NCBI GenBank assembly: GCA_024399575.1
Contig: JAKSNT010000001.1
Location: forward strand, 9,124 to 73,123
Reading direction: 5' to 3'
DNA length: 64,000 nucleotides
Origin: Paludibacteraceae bacterium
Lineage (GTDB): Bacteria; Bacteroidota; Bacteroidia; Bacteroidales; Paludibacteraceae
Below, piece after piece: positions 55,958-64,000 of this stretch (position 1 is the stretch's first letter; every line of letters starts with the position of its first letter). The position numbers were made by a program, and so were the translations under genes. The notes under the pieces are model-generated. The model did not search any database. It saw only the letters and a program-made list of their open reading frames with translations, and was not told the DNA's origin.

Positions 55958-57520
55958 TTATTTTTTTAGCGCTGAAGCTGCGAGTTCACGGTCAAAACGA
56001 AGCAGGTACATGCCTGTATTGTCGTATCGTACAAGAGCCTCTGGAAAGAATTGCGGATATTTCTGAATCGCAGGATAGAGGTAGCGAGGTGTGGAACTGT
56101 AGCCGAGATTGTCGAGTACCACGTATGATACATTTTTGTCAATCAGGTCGATGAGCAGTTCTTCGGCATTTTCGGTCCATAAATATGATGTCTGGTATCG
56201 TTCGCTGTAGAAATAAAGCATTGTCGGTTTGCGCGAGCAGATGACTGCATCTTTTTTTACATTCTGTTTCAGGTATGTGCCTATGGCAAAAAATTGCTGG
56301 TAGTTGACAGGTGTTTTGCTGGTGCTGATGAGATGTTCCTCGGCAAGTCCTTTGTGCGACAGGAAAACGAGTGGAATAAGGAAAAAAGCCGAGAAGGAGA
56401 GTTGTTTCCATTTCAGACGCAGAAGCCATTGTATGCTGAACCAGATGCCTAAGAACAATCCCATTGTGAGTATAGGCAGTATGGATGTTATGTAGCGGTT
56501 GCCGCTCGGAGTGCTGAAAAGCGATATGATGGACAATGTCGCACCAATATAACCAATAAGAAGCCATCTCAATTTTGGCATTTGCCAGAAACCAATGCAA
56601 ATCAGAGCTACAATCAGAGCTCCGAGTATGTATATTCCGACTGTATAGGAAGGATTGTCGCAATCAACGTCTATGAAAGGTACAACGGAATTTGGAATTG
56701 CATTGAAGACGAGCATTTTCATAGTCTCGAAGAAGCGTTGTATCACTTCGCCTATGGATAAGGTGCCTTCTTCAGGACGCCAGTGATTGTTTTCGAGAAC
56801 CATGCTGAAGTATCTGTCGCTCAGCCCAAGAGTCTTGTTTCTTAGCGACCATGGCATGTATCCTGCAATGAACCCACCGACTGATGCCAGCAGTGCACCC
56901 CAGCGTTTGCGGATGAGCAACACGAAACATACTGCTGCCATGAGTGCGAGCCCTTGTGTGCGGATGTAGTATGTGAAAATGCTCGCAGCCAGCATTACGT
57001 AAAACCATGGAGAACGCAGTTCGCTCCATATTGTTTTTTCGTCTGAACTCATTCTGTAAAGGGCATATATGGCGAGTAGGCTCATGCCAAAAAACGAGGC
57101 TTCAGCCATCATCATGGTCGAGAAATGCCATAGTCGCGGGCAGAACAATCCAGCAAATGCCACGGTGAAACAGACACCGATTGAAAAGCCATGCCTGAGC
57201 AAGATGAAATAAATCAGCAGAACCCCGAGAAGTACAAACAACTCGTTAAGCCATTTCTGAACTATAATACTGTCAGTCAGAAAACGTATTGGAGTCATTA
57301 TGGCTGGATAGCCTGGAGGATAGGTGGACGAAGGAGGATTGCCGACTGCTGAAATGTCAGAATATCCTTTGCCTGATGCCAACGATGTGGCATACATATA
57401 GTAATAGAAATTATCACCATTCAGATCAGGATTTGGATTGAAGGTGTAGCGGCTGATAATAAGCCATGTCAAAACCAGAATCGCCGGCAAGACAAAGTAG
57501 TGGATTTTGTTGATTTTCAT
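55958..57520 (-). CDS. GT-C fold membrane glycosyltransferase (family 39 / ArnT-PMT_2-like)
   Basis: 520 aa with about 12 TM segments. First periplasmic loop NPDLNGDNFYYYMYATSLASGKGYSD. Soluble C-terminal domain. Confidence 0.6.
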   Translation of the reverse strand: MKINKIHYFVLPAILVLTWLIISRYTFNPNPDLNGDNFYYYMYATSLASGKGYSDISAVGNPPSSTYPPGYPAIMTPIRFLTDSIIVQKWLNELFVLLGVLLIYFILLRHGFSIGVCFTVAFAGLFCPRLWHFSTMMMAEASFFGMSLLAIYALYRMSSDEKTIWSELRSPWFYVMLAASIFTYYIRTQGLALMAAVCFVLLIRKRWGALLASVGGFIAGYMPWSLRNKTLGLSDRYFSMVLENNHWRPEEGTLSIGEVIQRFFETMKMLVFNAIPNSVVPFIDVDCDNPSYTVGIYILGALIVALICIGFWQMPKLRWLLIGYIGATLSIISLFSTPSGNRYITSILPILTMGLFLGIWFSIQWLLRLKWKQLSFSAFFLIPLVFLSHKGLAEEHLISTSKTPVNYQQFFAIGTYLKQNVKKDAVICSRKPTMLYFYSERYQTSYLWTENAEELLIDLIDKNVSYVVLDNLGYSSTPRYLYPAIQKYPQFFPEALVRYDNTGMYLLRFDRELAASALKK

Positions 57521-57557
57521 ATCAATGGCAAGTGAAAGTATGTTTGTTATTATTTTG

Positions 57558-57565
57558 CAAAGGTA
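57558..57565 (-). promoter_or_regulatory. -7 promoter box (TACCTTTG on minus strand)
   Basis: Plus strand reads caaaggta, 38 nt upstream of ATG 57520. Confidence 0.6.
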
Positions 57566-57649
57566 GGTATTTTATTTTGATTTAGAAAATAAATGGTGAA
57601 ATATTTTTTTTGAGTCGTCACAGAATTCGGGGAAAAAGGTGGAATGGTG

Positions 57650-57693
57650 AAAAAAAGAGAGGTAACCAAATTCCAGTTGCCTCTCTTTTTTTT
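57650..57693 (-). terminator. rho-independent terminator of rpsO (symmetrical A/T flanks)
   Basis: 11-bp stem agagaggtaac (57656-57666) / gttgcctctct (57676-57686), flanked by an A-run and a T-run. Confidence 0.85.
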
Positions 57694-57708
57694 CTTGAAA
57701 CCTTCTTT

Positions 57709-57978
57709 TTACTTACGAAGACCGAGTTCTTTGATGATAGAACGGTAGCGTTCGATGTCTTTGTTTTTGAGGTAATCGAGCAAACGGCGACGTTTACCAA
57801 CGAGCATACGGAGCGAACGGGCTGTGCTATAATCCTTGTGATTTGACTGAAGGTGCTCAGTCAAATGGCTAATACGGTATGAGAACAATGCTATCTGGGC
57901 TTCAGGTGAGCCAGTATCAGTGTTAGACTTTCCGTACTTAGCGAAGATTTCCTGTTTCTTTTCAGAATCCAAGTACAT
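57709..57978 (-). CDS. rpsO: 30S ribosomal protein S15
   Basis: TGSPEAQIALFSYRISHLTEHL and KDYSTARSLRMLVGKRRRLLDYL motifs. 89 aa. Confidence 0.97.
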   Translation of the reverse strand: MYLDSEKKQEIFAKYGKSNTDTGSPEAQIALFSYRISHLTEHLQSNHKDYSTARSLRMLVGKRRRLLDYLKNKDIERYRSIIKELGLRK

Positions 57979-58015
57979 AATAATATAAGTTTTAGTTATC
58001 CCAAAATTGGGAGTG

Positions 58016-58023
58016 CAAAGGTA
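58016..58023 (-). promoter_or_regulatory. -7 promoter box (TACCTTTG on minus strand) for rpsO
   Basis: Plus strand reads caaaggta, 38 nt upstream of ATG 57978. Confidence 0.6.
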
Positions 58024-58089
58024 CGAACTATTTTTAATATAGCAAAGGATTTTCAGAAAATTATTTTTTCTGCATTCTAAAGCCTCGAT

Positions 58090-58677
58090 TTATATGCGTC
58101 GTCTGAGTATTCCATTGAATATGCGGAGCATGATAGAGGAGAAGTTTTCGCTAAGGTGCGTGCCTATATTGTGGTTGAGGTAAGGGAGTTCAATGCCCTT
58201 GATGGCATAGAGAATCAGCATTGCAAACCATTGCGTATCGTGTATGTCGAAAATGCCGTTCATGCTGCCTTCGGTGAGGATTTGTTTTATGATGCGTATC
58301 TCCTTGAAGTCGATTGGGCGGCGTGCGCGTTCTATCTCTTCGTAATTTTTGTAAAACGATGTGCGGACAGAAACATTTCGTTCGGTTGCTTTCCGGATGC
58401 AACGGAAATGCATTAGAATGAAATTCTCAAGTTTCTTGTCGGCAGGCAGAACGCTGTTTGCGATGCTTGTGAGCTCTGATAACATGTGTTCCAATTCATC
58501 CTCGATGATTGCGAAGTAGAGGAAGTCGGTGTTAATGAAGTAGTTGTAAATAGTACGGCGGGATTTGTTGCATGCTTTGGCAATGTCTCCCATTGTTACA
58601 TTATTTCTGCCTCTTTCTGAAAATAGTTTCTGTGCAGTTTCGATGATTTCGTGTCTTGTCTTTTCTCTTTTTTTCAT
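58090..58677 (-). CDS. TetR/AcrR family transcriptional regulator
   Basis: HTH region TRHEIIETAQKLFSERGRNNVTMGDIAKACNKSRRTIYNYF. ORF-track start 58785 trimmed to ATG 58677. Confidence 0.85.
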   Translation of the reverse strand: MKKREKTRHEIIETAQKLFSERGRNNVTMGDIAKACNKSRRTIYNYFINTDFLYFAIIEDELEHMLSELTSIANSVLPADKKLENFILMHFRCIRKATERNVSVRTSFYKNYEEIERARRPIDFKEIRIIKQILTEGSMNGIFDIHDTQWFAMLILYAIKGIELPYLNHNIGTHLSENFSSIMLRIFNGILRRRI

Positions 58678-58685
58678 ATTATTAA

Positions 58686-60436
<1,751 letters not shown>

Positions 60437-60437
<1 letters not shown>

Positions 60438-62374
60438 TGGATAAACACACAATAATAGGTCTATTACTGATATTTGTCGTAATATTTGGATTCAGCTGGC
60501 TTAACAGACCGAGCGAAGAGGAAATGGCTCGTCGTCAGGCTGAGATGGATTCTGTTGCCAGGGTGAAGGAAGATGCGTTGGCACGCAAGATTGAGTATGA
60601 GAGAGAACAGGCACGCAGGGATTCTTTGGCTGCAATAGGTGAAGAAACTGCAGATTCTGCGCGACTGGTTGAGAAATTTGGCGATTTTGCAAATGCAGGT
60701 GTTGGTGTCGAGAAGTTGACTTCTATTGAGAACGGTAAGCTGAAAATGGTATTCACCAACAAGGGTGGACGTGTCAGGAGCGTTGAGATAATTGGGGAAC
60801 ACAGGTATGATTCGACTGCATACATGTTGTTTGACGGGAATGACGCAATGATGAATTTTACACTCATCGCACGTAACAGGATATTGAATACCAAGGACTT
60901 GTATTTTACACCAATAGTCTCCAAGACTGATGCGGGGCAGAGAGTTGTCATGCGTCTTGCGGTGGACGATGTGCGTTGGCTTGATATTGTGTATGATGTG
61001 CCTGACAATGAATATATGACAAAGATGTCTATCCAGGCACATAATCTGACTGATGTGTTGGCTCAGAATGTCCAGACGATTGATATGCAATGTCAGCAGG
61101 CTGTTCGCCAGAACGAGAAGGGACGGAAGTTTGAGGTGCGGTATTCTGCACTGAATTACAGATATACGGGTGATGATGTTGAACGATTGTCTGAGGGAAA
61201 CAGCGATAAAGAGGAGTTGAGCAGCAAGGTGCAATGGGTAGCATTCAAGGATCATTTCTTCTCGACCATAATGATTGCAGAAGAATCGTTCACCGGGACT
61301 GTCGTTGAAAGCGAGGTATTGCCTGATAAATCAGATTATATCAGGAATCACAAGATGCAAGGTTCGTTGCCATTTGACCCAAGAGGTGATAAGGCGACTT
61401 CATTGCGTATCTTCTATGGTCCTAACCAATATAAGGTCTTAAGGGGATATGACGATAATGCTGAGGAAGGCGAGGAATTGGAGTTGTTCAGGATAATCCC
61501 AATGGGGTGGAAGATATTCAGTTGGATTACGACATTGATAATCATTCCGATGTTCAACTGGTTGGGTTCGTGGTTCACGAGTTATGGCATAATTATACTG
61601 CTGATGACGATAATCATAAAGATCGTTGTCTTCCCGTTGATGTATAAGTCGTTCATGTCGTCGGCAAAGATGAGGTTGTTGCGTCCTGAAATTGAGAAAA
61701 TAAACGAAAAGATACCGGCTGAAAAGGCAATGGAGCGCCAGCAGGCCACGATGGCTCTTTACAGCAAGGCTGGGGTCAGCCCTATGAGCGGATGCATACC
61801 GATGTTGCTGCAATGGCCTGTGCTGTTCGCAATGTTCAGTTTCTTCCCTACCTGTTTCGAACTGAGAGGGCAGAGTTTCCTTTGGGCTAAGGATCTTTCG
61901 GCATACGATGCAATAGTTTCGTGGGATGCTTATATCCCATTGATTACACCTTATTTCGGCAATCACATTTCGTTGTTCTGCCTGCTGATGACGATAACTA
62001 ACATTGTATATACGAAGATTAACATGGCAGGTCAGGCAAGCAATGACCAGTCAGCGAAGATGATGAAGTGGATGATGTATTTGATGCCGCTGATGTTCAT
62101 GTTCATGTTCAATAATTATGCGTCAGGTTTGTCGTATTATTATTTCGTTTCGCTGTTGATTACTATTTTCCAGACATATATGTTCCGGTTGTTCGTCAAT
62201 GAGGATAAGTTGAAGGAGAAAATGGCAAAGAATGCTGCAAAGCCTGCTAAAAAGAAGAGCGGTTTCATGGCTCGTCTGGAGGCTGCTCAGAAAGCACAGC
62301 AGCTTGCTATGAAGAAGCAGATGGAGGAACAGCAGCGTAAGCAGTATGGCGGGAATGGCAAGGGAAGACGCTGA
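60437..62374 (+). CDS. yidC: membrane protein insertase YidC
   Basis: N-terminal anchor, large periplasmic P1 domain and a C-terminal Oxa1-like 5-TM core (GCIPMLLQWPVLFAMF). Basic tail. Confidence 0.92.
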
Positions 62375-62393
62375 TTGACCGAAATCGGCAGAT

Positions 62394-62465
62394 GTTCGCA
62401 TAGTTCAATGGATAGAACAATAGCCTCCTAAGCTGTAGATCCGGGTTCGATTCCCGGTGCGAATA
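62394..62465 (+). tRNA. tRNA-Arg (anticodon CCT)
   Basis: Hand-folded cloverleaf. Acceptor gttcgca/tgcgaat, D stem gttc/gaac, anticodon stem atagc/gctgt, loop c-t-CCT-a-a, T arm ccggg-ttcgatt-cccgg, discriminator A. Confidence 0.9.
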
Positions 62466-62477
62466 CAAAATCATGTA

Positions 62478-62528
62478 AGAGACTTGACAGAGGGGGCAGA
62501 ACCTTTTGACTGTCAGGTCTCTCGTTTT
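62478..62528 (+). terminator. hairpin terminator after the tRNA
   Basis: Stem agagacttgacag (62478-62490) / ctgtcaggtctct (62510-62522) with one G-U pair, followed by cgtttta. Confidence 0.55.
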
Positions 62529-62543
62529 ATAGAAAAAGCAATT

Positions 62544-62954
62544 ATGATAAGTTTCAACGTAGATGATGCCAAAATGCCAAAGTTCGGGCATAGGGAGGTC
62601 TCGAAATGGATTAAGGCTGTAGCAGCTGAATATGGTTGCAAGATAGGCGAGATAGCGTATGTATTCTGTTCCGACAACCGTATCCTGGAGATCAACAGGG
62701 AGTATCTCAGTCATGATTATTTCACTGATATCATTACGTTTGACTATACCGATGGTTCGACGATAGCTGGCGATATCTTCATCTCGGTTGATACCGTGGG
62801 ACGCAATGCCGAGGAATATAAGGTGTCGTTCGGTCATGAATTGATGAGGGTTATGATTCATGGGATATTGCATCTTACCGGTCAGGGCGACAAGACCGAT
62901 GCTGAGTTTGAGGAAATGAAGAAAAAAGAGGATAAGGCTCTCGGAATGTTATGA
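62544..62954 (+). CDS. ybeY: rRNA maturation RNase YbeY
   Basis: HGILHLTGQGD zinc motif. The ORF-track start 62457 would run through the tRNA and terminator, so I trimmed it to ATG 62544. Confidence 0.9.
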   Translation: MISFNVDDAKMPKFGHREVSKWIKAVAAEYGCKIGEIAYVFCSDNRILEINREYLSHDYFTDIITFDYTDGSTIAGDIFISVDTVGRNAEEYKVSFGHELMRVMIHGILHLTGQGDKTDAEFEEMKKKEDKALGML

Positions 62955-63898
62955 AAAGGGGATTGCTTTTCTTGTTGATTTCGGCTGTTGCAGCTGTTTC
63001 GGCATACGGTAATGATTATAAGGAGTTGAAAACCAGTCGAAGGTATGAAAATGTGTTCATGAACCGTTGCTTCTATGACGACAGATTGGTTGGGTATGAA
63101 TTCTTTTTTGAAGTTGAAGACGTGAATGACAGCATAGCGTTGCGTAAGGAGATAAATTTCACCATAGTCGTTGATTGCTATAGGAAGAATGTGAGGACTG
63201 TACCTGTCGGCCGTTTCTCCCTCGGCGGAAAGGATTCTGTTTCGGTAAATGCAATTGACTATTATGAGTCCAGGATAAGCTATCTTGAAGGAGATGCTGC
63301 GCGTTACGAGAGTCAGGACAGCGATGGCAGGTTTGTCGCTTTTTCGGTATTGGATGTACAGATAAATAAATGCAAGTTGGGCAGGTATGAGGTGCTGGTT
63401 GATTATGTTACTGCTGAGGGCGATACGGCGAACTGTCGCTATTTCGGTAAGTTGGGTTTCGCGAAGATGGGTGGCAAGTCGGTGTATGAGTTTGAACAGC
63501 CCGACAAAGGTGTGATGAATCTTGAATTGACTGATGCTGAACTGAATATTTATGAAGCGACCGGCTATGGTTCGCGTAGGGGAGTGCTGAGGTTGGGGTG
63601 TGGCGAGATTGAGATTATATTGGAGGTTTATGTGCCTTGTGGCGAGGTCTATGGCAGGTATGTGATGAGGTATTCGAAAGACCCTTTCGGAATGCTCAGG
63701 TCGAGAGGAGGGTTCTTTTACCGTGGTTCGTACTACATGACGGATCAGGTTTCGATTGAGGATAAGCTCGATGGTCTGTTCTATTATCCTGTTTCTGGTT
63801 TTTTGGAGATAAGAGGGGATAAGGTTGTTTTTGATTTTGAGTGCCATAACGGGGGGATTCTGCGTGGTGTGTATAGGGGAAAATGTGAGATAAGGTGA
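62951..63898 (+). CDS. secreted hypothetical protein
   Basis: Signal peptide MKRGLLFLLISAVAAVSAYG and coding-like composition. ATGA overlap with ybeY. Confidence 0.6.
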   Translation: MKRGLLFLLISAVAAVSAYGNDYKELKTSRRYENVFMNRCFYDDRLVGYEFFFEVEDVNDSIALRKEINFTIVVDCYRKNVRTVPVGRFSLGGKDSVSVNAIDYYESRISYLEGDAARYESQDSDGRFVAFSVLDVQINKCKLGRYEVLVDYVTAEGDTANCRYFGKLGFAKMGGKSVYEFEQPDKGVMNLELTDAELNIYEATGYGSRRGVLRLGCGEIEIILEVYVPCGEVYGRYVMRYSKDPFGMLRSRGGFFYRGSYYMTDQVSIEDKLDGLFYYPVSGFLEIRGDKVVFDFECHNGGILRGVYRGKCEIR

Positions 63899-64000
63899 AG
63901 TCGATTGTCTTGACATCAACGCAGTACCGTGACGACAGCTATATGTTGAATCTGTTTACAGAGTCGGCAGAAGTGGTGTCTGTCTCAGTCAGTGTCAGGG
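63895..64000 (+). CDS. recO: DNA repair protein RecO, N-terminal fragment (continues past the right edge)
   Basis: Manual translation from GTG 63895 gives VKSIVLTSTQYRDDSYMLNLFTESAEVVSVSVSVR. This matches the RecO N-terminal OB-fold pattern (GIVL..x.Y.d.s.i..lfTe). Only 35 codons are visible. Confidence 0.5.
   Translation, partial: MKSIVLTSTQYRDDSYMLNLFTESAEVVSVSVSVR

Noticed and set aside
62394-62528. tRNA-Arg as an integration hotspot with an adjacent island.
   Set aside because: The downstream genes are core genes (ybeY, recO). There is no integrase and no direct repeat of the tRNA 3' end.

Overview
This window looks like a chromosomal segment from a Bacteroidota, most likely a Bacteroidales (Prevotella-like) genome. 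The taxon call rests on many TAnnTTTG -7 promoter boxes 15-90 nt upstream of start codons, T9SS-type C-terminal sorting domains and the gene content. All protein calls come from motif recognition by eye; no BLAST or HMM search was possible.

I count about 58 protein genes and one tRNA-Arg(CCT). Most are housekeeping genes: dus, lgt, aroA, sufE, pta-ackA, nadA, aroB, dapB, lepB, folE, rpoN, dacB, birA, recF, ansB, hisS, waaA, lysC, uvrA, ychF, tonB, rplS, polA, rpsO, pyrG, yidC, ybeY, and a partial recO at the right edge. A partial DnaQ-like exonuclease gene at the left edge (1-724, minus strand) is missing from the ORF track. Several ORF-track starts are TTG-extended, and I trimmed them to the first plausible ATG. 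Genes are packed very tightly in long co-directional runs (782-21600 and 30853-46570).

I found no integrase, transposase, CRISPR array, restriction-modification system, toxin-antitoxin pair or recognisable defence gene. The candidates most worth follow-up are:
1. A 1.27 kb gene-free island (23701-24975) built from 11-bp-period tandem repeats with single inverted copies, a three-tier concentric palindrome with iteron-like 9-mers, and promoter-like boxes on both strands.
2. An 8.7 kb gene for a 2895-aa modular T9SS surface protein, embedded in a housekeeping gene string.
3. A cluster of GT2, GtrA, a T9SS cargo protein and a GT-C/GT39-like enzyme (52078-57520), which looks like a polyprenyl-phosphate-sugar periplasmic glycosylation module.
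4. Several conserved unknowns: an ATP-grasp-like protein, a DUF4954-like beta-helix protein, a YtxH/holin-X/small-protein triad, and a His-rich DsbD_2-like membrane protein.

None of these can be shown to be a new system from the sequence alone.
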